DNA of 64,000 nucleotides from Candidatus Obscuribacteraceae bacterium. Its GTDB lineage: Bacteria > Cyanobacteriota > Vampirovibrionia > Obscuribacterales > Obscuribacteraceae. A program made the translations under genes and the position numbers. The DNA lies in NCBI GenBank assembly GCA_044226015.1, contig JBGAHS010000006.1, positions 480,001 to 544,000 of the forward strand. Direction: 5' to 3'. The notes under the pieces were generated by a model that was not told the DNA's origin, did not search any database, and saw only the letters and a list, made by a program, of their open reading frames with translations. This document shows positions 1-10,800 of this stretch, in pieces (position 1 is the stretch's first letter; every line of letters begins with the position of its first letter).

Positions 1-2
1 GG

Positions 3-1109
3 ACCAACTACAAACGACTCGCCAGAACAGACCAATGGATTACTTGGATTGAACCTATTTTGAACAGAGTTCAACCTATGCTTTCAGATCCACGACTGCG
101 TACAATTCTGACAAAGCCAAAATCAGATCTTGATTTACGCGAAGTCATATGCCAAAAACAAGTATTGATAGTGAAGATTCCACAAGGACATTTGGACCGA
201 AATGGAAACTTGCTTGGCTCTCTCATGGTTGCAGGGCTGAAACAAGCTGCATTGTCTCTGTCCTCACGAAAAAACTCAAAGAAACGGCATCCTTGTTCTC
301 TCTATCTAGATGAGTTGGATTCATTTATCGAGAAAGAAACTTTCGATTCAATTACAACAGAGACAAGAAAGTTACAAATTGGCTTTTGTGGGACATCAAA
401 GACACTCCAAACCCTTCCCGAAGACTTCCGCAACCAACTTATTATCAACGTTGGAGTGATCGCAATCTTCGCCCTGGCAAAGAAGGATGCAGATATGCTC
501 GGTCCACAAATGTTCCGCGTGGACGGGCGAAAGGTCAAGCATCAGACGATTCAAAACGTATTTAACAAAGTGAATTCTTCACCACAATTCGAGCTAATTA
601 TGGATGAGGAAAAGTTGAACATTGATAGAGTTGTAGGGCAAGAGAAACAAACTTATTTTTGCTATCGAGTTGGCACCGTAGCTGGCGTGTTTAGAATGAA
701 GTCGCCGATTTTTGATGATGCCCAGGCAAACGCAGTAAATCAAGATATTCTCGAGAGGCTGAGGACAAATAGGCAAAGTGAGCTGCTTTCTTCTGCATCG
801 GATAGTTCTGATGATTCTGAAGAAGAAGAAGAAGATGATGATGATGATGGCGAAACTGCTGAAGTAACTGAAAAATCCAAAAACACGAAGGTAACAAAAT
901 CAAGCAAATCGGCTTCAACCAAATCAAAAAGAAAGGCTGTAAAAGACGATGATGACGAGGTCGATGATAATGACGATGACGACGATGAGAACCTCGATGA
1001 TGATGATGATGATGATGACGATGACGACGAAGTTGATGACGATGACGAGGATGAAGAATCGGCCCCACGAAACAAAAAATCAAAGGCTCGACTAAAAAAG
1101 AAACGTTAA
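3..1109 (+). CDS. C-terminal part of a VirD4/TraG-like type IV secretion coupling ATPase with a long Asp/Glu-rich tail (5' end lies outside the window)
   Basis: Frame is open from position 3. Walker B-like LYLDE, ETRK/QL..N.G motifs and F....DA..L typical of TraG/VirD4 C-terminal domains; acidic then basic tail. Confidence 0.7.
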   Translation, partial: TNYKRLARTDQWITWIEPILNRVQPMLSDPRLRTILTKPKSDLDLREVICQKQVLIVKIPQGHLDRNGNLLGSLMVAGLKQAALSLSSRKNSKKRHPCSLYLDELDSFIEKETFDSITTETRKLQIGFCGTSKTLQTLPEDFRNQLIINVGVIAIFALAKKDADMLGPQMFRVDGRKVKHQTIQNVFNKVNSSPQFELIMDEEKLNIDRVVGQEKQTYFCYRVGTVAGVFRMKSPIFDDAQANAVNQDILERLRTNRQSELLSSASDSSDDSEEEEEDDDDDGETAEVTEKSKNTKVTKSSKSASTKSKRKAVKDDDDEVDDNDDDDDENLDDDDDDDDDDDEVDDDDEDEESAPRNKKSKARLKKKR

Positions 1110-1125
1110 CACGGAGTCTGAAACC

Positions 1126-1584
1126 ATGCAATTCACGTTTTGCTCAGTCTTCATAGTGCTCACCTTAGCGTCCGTTCCCACGTTTGCAGCCGACCTACTG
1201 GATAAAGAAGCGTTTGCAGAGGGTCAAAAATGGGACAAGCAATCAGCCAGTCTATACGCGCAAGGTAAGTTCAAAGAAGCTATAGAGCCGCTCGAAAAAG
1301 CAACAGAATGCTATAAGAAGGGACTAGGTCCTAATCATCGCTGGGTTGGCGATAACTATACGCATTTGGGAAATATGTACTTCAATCTCAAGGACTACAA
1401 GTACGCTGAAACAAATTACAAAGCGGCACTCAAGATTTTCCAGAGCACCAATGGAAGCTGCCAGATGGGTGATGCTCTAAAAAATTATGCAACTATTTTA
1501 CGCAGCACAAATCGAATAGCCGAAGCTGAGAAACTGGAGAAGACCCAGTCAAGCTGCCCGGCGCCAGAAGCCACAAAAAAATAA
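1126..1584 (+). CDS. Secreted tetratricopeptide repeat protein
   Basis: Signal peptide; TPR motifs (LYAQGKFKEA, LGNMYFNLKDYKYAE, LGPNH). Confidence 0.8.
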   Translation: MQFTFCSVFIVLTLASVPTFAADLLDKEAFAEGQKWDKQSASLYAQGKFKEAIEPLEKATECYKKGLGPNHRWVGDNYTHLGNMYFNLKDYKYAETNYKAALKIFQSTNGSCQMGDALKNYATILRSTNRIAEAEKLEKTQSSCPAPEATKK

Positions 1585-1589
1585 CAGTA

Positions 1590-2777
1590 CTAGCGCAGTG
1601 AAGGCTCTTGCGAATTTGTGTTGAGGCTGTCAGTGCCGCTGCTTGGCGCGGAGTTGCTTGTAGCTGAATTGCTCTGGGTTTGCGTCTCCGATGCCCCTGA
1701 ACTGCTACCGCTACTGCTGGAGTTTGTGGAAGAAGTGGCGGAATCTGAGCTGGAAGCTGACGAAGCACCAGGCGCATTGCTTGCAGTACCGGTTGCTCCG
1801 TTGCCAGTCGAAGAACCGCTTGCAATCGCAGCATTCCCAAACGGATCAAACTTATCAATGCCCTCTCTGAGGCGATCGAAAAACGACTTCGGAATTTCCG
1901 TTTTCACTTTTTTCTCAACGCCAAACGCGCCAGCTGTCAGTTCAACAGACGGTTTTTCCTGCTGGCTTGGTATCATCACAAGCCCCTTCAACTTTGCCCA
2001 GAGCCCAACATCGAAGAAGATACCCTCAATGTTAGCCAGGGTGAAGTTGCCATCGTCATTCCGTTTTAGATCAAAGGCAATCTTTTTGTCGAGTCTCAAT
2101 TGTTTGACCTGTGGAGCACCAGCTGGAGCAGGTAGGTTAGCCACATCTTGCTGAGTACCGTCAGCCTTCTTCGGCATGAATGAACTCAAAAGGTCTTGTA
2201 TTTTTTGTTGAAATCTCTTGTCGAGACTAATTTCAATATGGTGATTATCTTCCTTGTTCAGGGCAGACGCACTGGTTGCACCAACGTGTTTAGCAAAACT
2301 AGTAGCAGTTTCATCAAACGATTCGAGGTTAATCGGCCGATAAACTCTACTGAGCTCATCTAGTTTAGATTGAGCCTCGGCACTGTCTTTAGACATATTT
2401 TTCGAAACTTCAATTGATTGCTTGAAAGCTGACTCTGCATCTGAGAATTTTGATTCCTTCGAAAAGGTGTCGCCGAGATGCACCAGAACAGAGGGAAGTC
2501 GCTCATCGCCAGGTGATTTTTCTAACTCAAGCTGCACCTTTTTCCAAGTTCTTTCAGCCTTTACAAAGCTGCCTGCATCAAAAGCCTTTTGAGCGAGGTC
2601 CATATTTTTATCAAGCAGCGTAGGCTTTTTGGTTTCTTCAGCCTGAGCAATATTAGTACTCAAAATCACGCTAAAAGCGAGCATGTACGGAAACAAATTC
2701 CTCTTCATTCTTCTTGGCTTCCTTTGCGAAGTTCGTAAGCTCTTAATTCCCTCATATAGTGTACTTGAACCAGACAC
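1590..2777 (-). CDS. Secreted hypothetical protein with N-terminal TPR and Ser-rich tail
   Basis: 395-aa ORF; signal-like segment (true start probably near MKRNLF); TPR-like LGDTFSKESKFSDAE. Confidence 0.65.
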   Translation of the reverse strand: MSGSSTLYEGIKSLRTSQRKPRRMKRNLFPYMLAFSVILSTNIAQAEETKKPTLLDKNMDLAQKAFDAGSFVKAERTWKKVQLELEKSPGDERLPSVLVHLGDTFSKESKFSDAESAFKQSIEVSKNMSKDSAEAQSKLDELSRVYRPINLESFDETATSFAKHVGATSASALNKEDNHHIEISLDKRFQQKIQDLLSSFMPKKADGTQQDVANLPAPAGAPQVKQLRLDKKIAFDLKRNDDGNFTLANIEGIFFDVGLWAKLKGLVMIPSQQEKPSVELTAGAFGVEKKVKTEIPKSFFDRLREGIDKFDPFGNAAIASGSSTGNGATGTASNAPGASSASSSDSATSSTNSSSSGSSSGASETQTQSNSATSNSAPSSGTDSLNTNSQEPSLR

Positions 2778-2899
2778 TTTGCTCTATCGAATTGAATGTC
2801 AGAAAGAACTTTTTCACCAATTTTGTCGGCATATCACCCAATCAGGTGACTCTAGACATCCACTTCGTGGAATATTCAGGTTAGCAAAGGCAAAGAAAA

Positions 2900-4825
2900 G
2901 TGTCTGAAAGCCCAGAGGATGAACAAGACAACACCATCAGTGCCGAGATCTTGCCTGCAAGATTTCGTCATGCAACTCTTATTGGAAAAGGTGGCATGGC
3001 AATGGTCTTTAGAGCCTTTGACAAAAGCCTCGAAAGAACAGTTGCGATAAAGCTATTGTGCTTCGATGGTGCAACGTCCGAAAAAATTCATCAGCGTTTT
3101 TTTCAAGAAGCCAAAACGCTATCGAAACTTGACCACCCAAATATCCTAAGAATTCTTGGAACTGGACTGACAAAAGGAAACGATCCCTTTCACATAATGG
3201 AGTTTCTGGAGGGACATTCTTTAGCGGATGAGCTGAAAGAAGGTAAGCTTGCCAAAGAAAAATTCTTCGACCTCATGATTCAAGTTGGTGAAGGACTCGC
3301 TTATGCGCACAAGAATGGAGTTCTTCATCGCGATTTAAAGCCAAGCAATATCTTCGTCCTTTCAACGAGTGAAGAACCGACAAAAGCAAAAATATTGGAT
3401 TTTGGAATCGCTACCGTTGTTGATGAACAGGATCCGACGCAGAATCTATTGGATGCAACACAAGGTACGGCAACAAAGTCTGATACAAAAACCCTGACAC
3501 GGAGCAATGAACTGCTCGGTAGCCCTGCTTACATGAGCCCCGAACAATGCATGGGCATTCCGGCGACAAAACTCTCCGATATCTATGCATACGGATGCAT
3601 CTTGTATGAGTGCCTATCAGGGCACACTCCTTTTGAAGTCATAAGTACGATGGACATCATGTATAAGCACATTCATGAGTCGCCGGACAGCCTGGAATCG
3701 CGGGCGCAGTCAGCACTGGCTAAACGTGTGGGCAAATTAGTTGACGATTGTTTGAAAAAAGATCCCACGCAAAGACCAGCATCGGTTCAAGAAATTGTCT
3801 CTCTTCTTCAAGAGTCTGAAAAAAACGGACTCAACTTAAACGAGTTCGTAAAGGCAATACCTGCGCCAAGGAAGAGTTCCAAAGCAATTTACTCAGTCAT
3901 TATTTTGATTGCAGCAATCATGCTTTTTGTAGCTTTGAACTTTCATAAGAATTATCAGGTAAGTCAAATCAAAGTAAAACACTCAAGCCTGACGCCTGAG
4001 CAGGAGAAAGAAAAGATAAGGACAGAACGAGACATAATTCCCTTGAAGAAGGACTGTTTGGATCTGTCAAAGCCAGAGGCAAAGCGCAAGAAATGGCTTC
4101 TGGCAATGACTCAAGCGTCTGAATATCTGGCAGACCTGCAGGTCAAAAATGGAGAGAGAGATAAAGCAACTGAAACACTCAATGAGGCTCTGAATATTTG
4201 TGATAAAGCTAAAAGCTCTATTAAAGATGAGAGCCCAGGGCTTCTCAAAGGGTCGATCTACTCCACCATGGGCGAGCTAAACGCGTCTGATCAAGATTTA
4301 GCAGAAGGCTTTTTCAAGAAAGCGCTTCAAGAAGTAAGAGATGCGGCACATGAAACTGAATCGGCACAAGAAATTTTTGTTCAGTCCTCAATATTCAAAT
4401 TCTACATGTCACATAAAGATTGGGTGAGGGCACGAAAAGAATTTACAACCTGGTGCCGCATTCGCAAGAAAGCAGAGCAATATCTTAAACGCGAACAACT
4501 AGAGGATTTACAACATGAAATTCGAAGATACCTTCAGCTCATCTCATCGGAGATAGCACTGAATGGGCAATCTGCAAGCCTCGAGGAAGCCGAATTGTGC
4601 GTGGACATGTGCGACTATGAGATAAACACGGCTGGCTCCGACATTGCGGTGCCTGCGTTGGGATCCTGCATGGTTCCTCTAAATAATATTCCTAAAGACA
4701 AGCGATACTTCACTTTTGCGCATCATATTTACGAGCTTCTCTCTCTTGGTTTCAAGCACCAAAACGAACCGGCACTGTCTGCAAAATATGAAAAGCTGGC
4801 GCAAGAAATGAAAAATAAGATGTAA
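2900..4825 (+). CDS. Hanks-type Ser/Thr protein kinase with TM helix and TPR-like extracytoplasmic region
   Basis: GKGGMA, VAIK, HRDLKPSN, DFG, GSPAYMSPEQ, DIY motifs; hydrophobic TM segment. Confidence 0.95.
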   Translation: MSESPEDEQDNTISAEILPARFRHATLIGKGGMAMVFRAFDKSLERTVAIKLLCFDGATSEKIHQRFFQEAKTLSKLDHPNILRILGTGLTKGNDPFHIMEFLEGHSLADELKEGKLAKEKFFDLMIQVGEGLAYAHKNGVLHRDLKPSNIFVLSTSEEPTKAKILDFGIATVVDEQDPTQNLLDATQGTATKSDTKTLTRSNELLGSPAYMSPEQCMGIPATKLSDIYAYGCILYECLSGHTPFEVISTMDIMYKHIHESPDSLESRAQSALAKRVGKLVDDCLKKDPTQRPASVQEIVSLLQESEKNGLNLNEFVKAIPAPRKSSKAIYSVIILIAAIMLFVALNFHKNYQVSQIKVKHSSLTPEQEKEKIRTERDIIPLKKDCLDLSKPEAKRKKWLLAMTQASEYLADLQVKNGERDKATETLNEALNICDKAKSSIKDESPGLLKGSIYSTMGELNASDQDLAEGFFKKALQEVRDAAHETESAQEIFVQSSIFKFYMSHKDWVRARKEFTTWCRIRKKAEQYLKREQLEDLQHEIRRYLQLISSEIALNGQSASLEEAELCVDMCDYEINTAGSDIAVPALGSCMVPLNNIPKDKRYFTFAHHIYELLSLGFKHQNEPALSAKYEKLAQEMKNKM

Positions 4826-4838
4826 TTTCTTGGAACTG

Positions 4839-6257
4839 TTAAGAATGCGCAGAAGAATCGGGATGTGATAGGGCTTCCATTTCTTCGAGGTTTTCTAACT
4901 TAACCTCCTCACCCTTTATCTCAGGCATTTTTTCCTGCGAACGTAGGATGAAGAAAAGAAACGCGGCACATAGCCAACTTTGAACCGACGGAACCCCAAT
5001 TTGAAGTTTTTCCAAACCTGGAATGACTCCCGAGCTTCCAATTCCCACAATCATTCCGACTAGGACAGACCAGAATGCGGGCCAGCGCATGGAGGGCAAT
5101 TGATCAAAATCTGGAATTCTCGTAAAAAACGGAGTCATTTTTAAAACCTTCGACTCGTAATACCACTCGCAAATCATTACCACCGTAGGCAGTGGCAGCA
5201 TCACAGAGTTTAGCGAGCAAATTCCTTCTAGCGCCTTGCTTGCGCCAGAGCCAGCCAGCCAATAAGCCAGCACGGCTCCAATAGCTGCAAGTACAAAAAC
5301 GGTTATTCGCTGAGGAAACTTTGCCATGTTCTCAATAGCGTTGATGGCTCCGTATAAGTTTGAATCATTTGCTGCAAAATATGCAGCAGAAATGATCAGT
5401 ACTGCAAGTGCCGTCATTCCACCCATCGAGTGCTTCGTCAAGTATGCAGTTGCTGCAGCAGATTCCGTTATGCCTGATTGGTTAGCAAACAGCCAACCTG
5501 CAATGGGGAAAAGTAAACAGCCAATACCAAGTGATGCTACAAGCGGCCATACAGAGTGCGAGAGCTTTGGCTTTGCATAACGCCAGTAGTCGGGTTCGTT
5601 GCCCCATACACTGAAGCCAACCACGAAACTTGAGATTCCACAAAAGGCGTGCCAGTGCGAAACAGTATGCTTGGCAGAGAGAAGCGCCATAGGGTCAGCA
5701 GGAGCAGCTTTCACAAGTGAGATTCCAACCCAAATTAATAACAATGGTGCAGCCACAAAGCGAGCAAAATTTGCCACTCCACTAAAGCCAAAGAAGTTAT
5801 TAAATGCCATCACAAAAGACAAAAGAGCGGCAGAAACAGCAAGCGTCAATTTGATTGGCAGCAAATCAGTCAATTCATCGGCAAGACAGAGAGCCAGAAC
5901 TGTGTACCATCCAACGAAAATCCAGATCAGATTTGTCGAAATTATGCGCGAGCCCCAACTTCCGAAGACTGTCCTTGATAGAACAGCGTAGGTCTGACCG
6001 CTTACGGCTCCCAAGAATGCGGCAGGCACACTGTAAGCCATTAGCAAAGCACAACTGAGAATACAGCCAACGATTATCTGGCTGAAATTAAAGCCTTGTT
6101 TGAACCATTCGAAACCAATCAGAACCGACGGAAACTGTGTGACCATCGTCAACCACAGCAAAGCCATAGATACGGGGTCTTTCCTCAGCTCGAGCGGAAC
6201 CGCAGAAACGCAATACTCTTCATCGATTTTATTTTCAGAAGTATCGGTTGGAATCAT
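4839..6257 (-). CDS. NCS1 family cytosine/purine permease
   Basis: About 12 TM helices; PDYWRYAK and NDSNLY motifs of CodB-like permeases. Confidence 0.85.
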   Translation of the reverse strand: MIPTDTSENKIDEEYCVSAVPLELRKDPVSMALLWLTMVTQFPSVLIGFEWFKQGFNFSQIIVGCILSCALLMAYSVPAAFLGAVSGQTYAVLSRTVFGSWGSRIISTNLIWIFVGWYTVLALCLADELTDLLPIKLTLAVSAALLSFVMAFNNFFGFSGVANFARFVAAPLLLIWVGISLVKAAPADPMALLSAKHTVSHWHAFCGISSFVVGFSVWGNEPDYWRYAKPKLSHSVWPLVASLGIGCLLFPIAGWLFANQSGITESAAATAYLTKHSMGGMTALAVLIISAAYFAANDSNLYGAINAIENMAKFPQRITVFVLAAIGAVLAYWLAGSGASKALEGICSLNSVMLPLPTVVMICEWYYESKVLKMTPFFTRIPDFDQLPSMRWPAFWSVLVGMIVGIGSSGVIPGLEKLQIGVPSVQSWLCAAFLFFILRSQEKMPEIKGEEVKLENLEEMEALSHPDSSAHS

Positions 6258-6434
6258 TGACTAAAACAGAAGCTCCTGCTGAGAACAGAGGATGCAGCAT
6301 GCGTTACTGAAGGACACTGAATCAAACAAGTGTATTATCTCTCAATGCGATTAGTCCATCGAAGAAGCCGCATCTAGAAGACTTTTAGGTTAACTTATTT
6401 GAGGTCCACGAATGCAGCTGAAATTTGAATCAGA

Positions 6435-7499
6435 TTAGGCGCTTATGAAAGTCTGGATATTTTTGTTATCAGTAACGATGAGCACTCTGTCGCCGGTTTG
6501 CAACACTGTGGCTGGCGCCGGGTTCCAATCAACCGAACTTCCCCTCTGATGCATCAAAACCGTCACCTCATAGTCACCTCGAACGCGATCGATTTGCATG
6601 TTCTTCAAGGGACTGCTGTCCTCAATATTTAATTGAAAAGCATTGACTACAGTGCCGGCAAACTCGAAGGAAGCAAGCAAGTTAGAGCTCAGAGCCGCCT
6701 GAGCAAAAACCGGCGCGGAAAGAGCTGATGCACTAAATGCACCATTTATTCCGAAGGTCTTTTCCACTTTTTGAGCAAGCCGCTGATCGAAGACTCGAAT
6801 GATAATTCGACTTCCTGGAGCCAGATCTCGCACAGTCAGGGCGGCTTCTATGTTAGCGAGATCATTATCAGTAACGGCGAGGAATGCTTTCGCTTTTTTT
6901 ATTCCAGCCTTCTCAAGTACATGTGTATTAGTCACATCCCCTATCACAGCGGGCACATCATATCCCTCAAGTTCGGTCAAGAATGACGCATCAGCATCAC
7001 GCTCAATGCAAACAACATTTTCCCCATATCGCTTAAGGTGCTGCATGACTCGAAAACCGACGTTGCCCATTCCGGCAACAACAATGTGATTTTCAAAGCT
7101 GGCTGCAAGCATCTGTTGCCACTCCCTGGAGTTTGTTCTGTGTTGTAAAAGTAAGTGCCCGAGCTGAACTACGCCCTCCGCGATTACAAGCAATCCGAGA
7201 ATAGGCAAGCAAAAAAATACTGGTATCAAACGCCAATCATCAACGAAAGGAATTGGCATTTGAAAGAAAGTCATCTGAACCACATCATAAGCGATTCCAA
7301 GAAAAGACTGGTGATGTGGTGGCAGTTCTTTTCGGGGATAGAAGTTGTAGAGGACCATTACAGATCCCCAAAACGCAACGAAACTGCAAATCAAAAAGAA
7401 CCTGAATTCATAAAGCAACACTCGACAGAGTCGATAAAGATGTCGAATGCGACCTGACATAGGACGGTTTTCAGAAAATTGGCGTCCGCTACTTTTCAT
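6435..7499 (-). CDS. Potassium channel family protein with TrkA-N/TrkA-C (RCK) domains
   Basis: Two TM helices, HIVVAGMGNVG NAD-binding motif, TDNDLAN, C-terminal TrkA-C (LQTGDRV). Confidence 0.85.
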   Translation of the reverse strand: MKSSGRQFSENRPMSGRIRHLYRLCRVLLYEFRFFLICSFVAFWGSVMVLYNFYPRKELPPHHQSFLGIAYDVVQMTFFQMPIPFVDDWRLIPVFFCLPILGLLVIAEGVVQLGHLLLQHRTNSREWQQMLAASFENHIVVAGMGNVGFRVMQHLKRYGENVVCIERDADASFLTELEGYDVPAVIGDVTNTHVLEKAGIKKAKAFLAVTDNDLANIEAALTVRDLAPGSRIIIRVFDQRLAQKVEKTFGINGAFSASALSAPVFAQAALSSNLLASFEFAGTVVNAFQLNIEDSSPLKNMQIDRVRGDYEVTVLMHQRGSSVDWNPAPATVLQTGDRVLIVTDNKNIQTFISA

Positions 7500-7532
7500 T
7501 GGCTAATCATAGTACGAACGTCACTAAAAAGT

Positions 7533-8003
7533 TTACTGCCCGTTTGCTTTCTCTAGCACAACAGCAGTGCCATAGCAGATTACCTCAGACTCGACATTGT
7601 CTCCGTGATTAAATGCGGAACTGTCATAGCGCAATCCAATCAAGGCATTGGCACCAAGAGCCCGGGCTCTTTGCACACACAATTCGAATGCTTGCTGCCG
7701 GGTGCGCTCACACATTGTCGTGTAAGCGCTTATTTTTCCGCCTGCAATTCTTTCAAGACCAGCACTGAGCCCCTGACCTATTGTCGGTTGCCTGACAATA
7801 ACGCCTCGGACCACACCTTTGTATTCCTTGATACGAAAACCATCGACGGTCTGCGTTGTAGTAATGACCATATCATTGGGATTGGCCATGCTAGCAATGT
7901 ACTGTTTTTCTTCAGCAGCTTCGTCCTCCGACTTAGCAAGCGACGGAGTACTGCAAAGAAAGAGAAGCGCGCAGCAAGTTAATACGAATCTGTGCATTTT
8001 CAT
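7533..8003 (-). CDS. YbjQ (UPF0145) heavy-metal-binding family protein with signal peptide
   Basis: ITTT..V.G..I.EY.G.V.G, A..LGANA.IG.RYD and CYGTAV motifs; RBS GAGG next to the MKM start. Confidence 0.85.
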   Translation of the reverse strand: MKMHRFVLTCCALLFLCSTPSLAKSEDEAAEEKQYIASMANPNDMVITTTQTVDGFRIKEYKGVVRGVIVRQPTIGQGLSAGLERIAGGKISAYTTMCERTRQQAFELCVQRARALGANALIGLRYDSSAFNHGDNVESEVICYGTAVVLEKANGQ

Positions 8004-8084
8004 TCCTCGAAAAAAAATGATGTATGCACAAATTCTAACTGGCTCAGGCGAAAGCCAGAACAAGTCCAAGCTAAGACAAGACTA

Positions 8085-8115
8085 AAGGTAAGAACTTAAA
8101 AGTCCTTACCTATTT
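8085..8115. terminator. Probable intrinsic terminator downstream of the RRM gene
   Basis: Inverted repeat aggtaag-a-actt / aagt-c-cttacct. Confidence 0.45.
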
Positions 8116-8137
8116 GCTTTTCAACCTGGTCTATAGA

Positions 8138-8434
8138 CTAGTTGTGGCGTGAAGGACGTCCACCACCACCGCCGCCTGGGCCTTTTGGCTTTGGTTGGGA
8201 CACGCTGACTGCGATTTGACGTCCTTCGACATCACGACCGTTCAGTGCTTTGATTGCAGCTTCGGCTTCTGCTTGGCTCGCCATTTCGACGAAAGCAAAA
8301 CCTCTCTTGCGTCCGGTCTCACGATCTGTGGGAATTGCGCAAGATACTACAGTTCCATATTGTCCAAACAATTGCTCTATTTCTGCCTCAGAGAGCTTAA
8401 AAGAGAGGTTACCAACGAAAAGCTTGTTATTCAT
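8138..8434 (-). CDS. RNA recognition motif (RRM) RNA-binding protein, Rbp-like, Gly-rich tail
   Basis: RNP2 KLFVGNL, RNP1 RGFAFVEM, DRETGR. Confidence 0.95.
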   Translation of the reverse strand: MNNKLFVGNLSFKLSEAEIEQLFGQYGTVVSCAIPTDRETGRKRGFAFVEMASQAEAEAAIKALNGRDVEGRQIAVSVSQPKPKGPGGGGGGRPSRHN

Positions 8435-8597
8435 GTCCAAAAAATTACCGATTAAAAGTGTACCACCGGGCATTATCCCACAGAATCGAATATTATCGAC
8501 TGATCTTGTCCATCTTGTTGCATTTGTACGAAATCAAACTCAAAAAATGATATAAGGAATTGCTGGAAGCCTTGTTTCCACAATAGAAATCAGAACT

Positions 8598-9914
8598 ATG
8601 ACATTTCTGAACTTATTTGCAAAAAAGAGAACTGTTAATTCAAAATCCGTCGCAATTGTTGGGGCCGGAGTCGCGGGTTTATCAGCAGCTCGTGAGCTAA
8701 AACGTCTTGGCCACACTGTCAAAGTGTTTGAGGCTAGAGACAGGGCTGGCGGCCGGGTCTGGACAGATAACAAACTCGGAACGCCCGTAGACATGGGCGC
8801 AGCATGGATTCACGGAAACAGCGGCAACCCAGTCTTCAAACTATGTCGCCAGCACAAAATTCCCACGGCGAAAACAGATTACGCCGAAGCTACATTAATA
8901 GATGAATGCGGAAAGGAAGCGTCACCACTTGACAAAGTAGCGTTTGCTGCCCGTGCAAACCGATTACTTCCCCGTCTAAAAAGGCTAGCCAGAACTTTAG
9001 AGTCTGACATCACAGTAAAGGAAGCAGTGAGATTATTGGCAGAGAAGCAGTCACTTGGAAAGATGGAGTTGCCTTTTCTCAATCGACAGCTTATTGAACT
9101 TGAAGCCTATAATGGGGCAAGCCTTGAAGAACTTTCTCTCCACAACATTTTGATTGCCGCAGAACACAGACATGGTGACGACCTGCTTTTTCCAGGAGGT
9201 CAGGCTCAGTGGATCGACGTTCTTGCAAGAGACACTGACATAGTTTTCAACGCACCCGTAAAAGCAATTAAGCAAAACCCAAATGAAGTAGTAATTCAAA
9301 TGAATGATTCGGAATTTGTTGGAGACGCGGCAGTTGTAACTTTGCCTCTCGGAGTTTTAAAAGCCAAGCGAATTGAGTTTTATCCTGAGTTGAGTCAAGA
9401 AAAACAAAATGCAATTGAGCGCATCAAAATGGGCTCGTTCAATAAGATAGCGATGCGATTTGATGAGCCCTATTGGGGAACGACCTCCGATTTTATTGAA
9501 CTTATTCCAACAAATCATAATCAGACAATTCAACTACTCAGCCTATACCGATATACAAATGAAGCGATTATAGTTGTCTGTGTCGCTGCAAATACTTCCC
9601 GACAGTGGGAGAACTTATCAGACAAAGAGATCACCGAAAAGGCTCTCAAGTTTCTCAGGCAACTTTACGGCGAAACGGTAAAAGATCCGCTATTGGTTTC
9701 GATATCCCGTTGGGGAAAAGATGAATACAGCCTGGGCGCATATTCAATTCTAAACCCCGAAGCGAAACATACAGACTTCGAATCTCTTTCAAAATCTGAA
9801 GGCAGATTTTTCTTTGCTGGCGAAGCGACATGCTTTGAATATCAGGGCACCATACATGGTGCTTATAATTCTGGGATTCGTGCAGCAAAAGAACTGCATC
9901 ATCATTTCAGCTAG
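8598..9914 (+). CDS. Flavin-containing amine oxidase (monoamine/polyamine oxidase family)
   Basis: GAGVAG, EARDRAGGR, DMGAAWIHG, VTLPLGVL, FAGEAT, HGAY.SG motifs. Confidence 0.92.
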   Translation: MTFLNLFAKKRTVNSKSVAIVGAGVAGLSAARELKRLGHTVKVFEARDRAGGRVWTDNKLGTPVDMGAAWIHGNSGNPVFKLCRQHKIPTAKTDYAEATLIDECGKEASPLDKVAFAARANRLLPRLKRLARTLESDITVKEAVRLLAEKQSLGKMELPFLNRQLIELEAYNGASLEELSLHNILIAAEHRHGDDLLFPGGQAQWIDVLARDTDIVFNAPVKAIKQNPNEVVIQMNDSEFVGDAAVVTLPLGVLKAKRIEFYPELSQEKQNAIERIKMGSFNKIAMRFDEPYWGTTSDFIELIPTNHNQTIQLLSLYRYTNEAIIVVCVAANTSRQWENLSDKEITEKALKFLRQLYGETVKDPLLVSISRWGKDEYSLGAYSILNPEAKHTDFESLSKSEGRFFFAGEATCFEYQGTIHGAYNSGIRAAKELHHHFS

Positions 9915-10396
9915 TCGGAAAATCGACTGAGTTTCAAGATGACTCCGGTCTTGGAGCAGACTGAGCAAACTCGGTTCAAACCAGAGAGATTAGCTAGCTA
10001 AGCCGTGACAGAGGCGGTAACTCCACGTCAGACGGAGACAAAGAAATCCAAACGAGGTGATGTCAAGAACAAATATTAAGATACAAATTTTGTCTTATCA
10101 GGCAAATGGCGGACGATAAAGGACTGAAGAAGGAGACAAGTAAAGGGATTGCCAGCCTTAAATTTTTGATCTTTTTATCTAATTTCGGGAACACAAATAA
10201 ATGACCAAGGTCATAGGATCAATATGACTTGCAGTCGTGGTAAGGATTCTAGGATACGGGTAGAATATTAAGGTAGGTCTGGTTCGAAATTTTTCCTATT
10301 TTTCGAATTTGCTTAGTAAAAACCCTAATGCATAAAGACCAACATCAGGTTATGTTTATATATAGGAAGTTCCGCTGAACCGGAGGACTAAAAGAA

Positions 10397-10612
10397 ATGA
10401 AGAAGTTGTTAACCACAGGACTAGTAGCTGGAGCTTTCGCCGCCACTATTACTGGGGCAATCGCAGGACCAATATTTATGGGTCCAATATCTGCACCTAT
10501 GGTGCCGAAAGTTATGTCGGTGCCAGTAAATGCAGCTCCGATTCAAACAAAGTTGCTGAATACTTATCGTCAAATTCGTTCGTTCTGGGTTTCCAGAGCG
10601 ATCGTCAGATAG
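10397..10612 (+). CDS. Small secreted hypothetical protein
   Basis: Strong RBS GGAGG, signal peptide, followed by a terminator. Confidence 0.7.
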   Translation: MKKLLTTGLVAGAFAATITGAIAGPIFMGPISAPMVPKVMSVPVNAAPIQTKLLNTYRQIRSFWVSRAIVR

Positions 10613-10634
10613 TTTCAGAGTTCAAAAGCTCATT

Positions 10635-10665
10635 AGAGGTAGACCTTCGGGCCTGCCTCTTTTTG
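10635..10665 (+). terminator. Intrinsic terminator
   Basis: agaggtagacc-ttcg-ggcctgcctct hairpin followed by a T tract. Confidence 0.75.
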
Positions 10666-10800
10666 TTGGACATAAGTGTCAAGACTTAGTGTAGTTTTCG
10701 TGTGCGGCGGCAAGGCTCAGATTTTCTTGGAACTCAAACGGTACCGGTGCAGTTTTCGCCAAGAGCGTAGATTTTTCCTAGAACTAGACCCAGGGGAAGG

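Noticed and set aside
691..1131. Poly-His and poly-Ser minus-strand ORFs
   Set aside because: Antisense shadows of the GAT/GAC-rich acidic tail.
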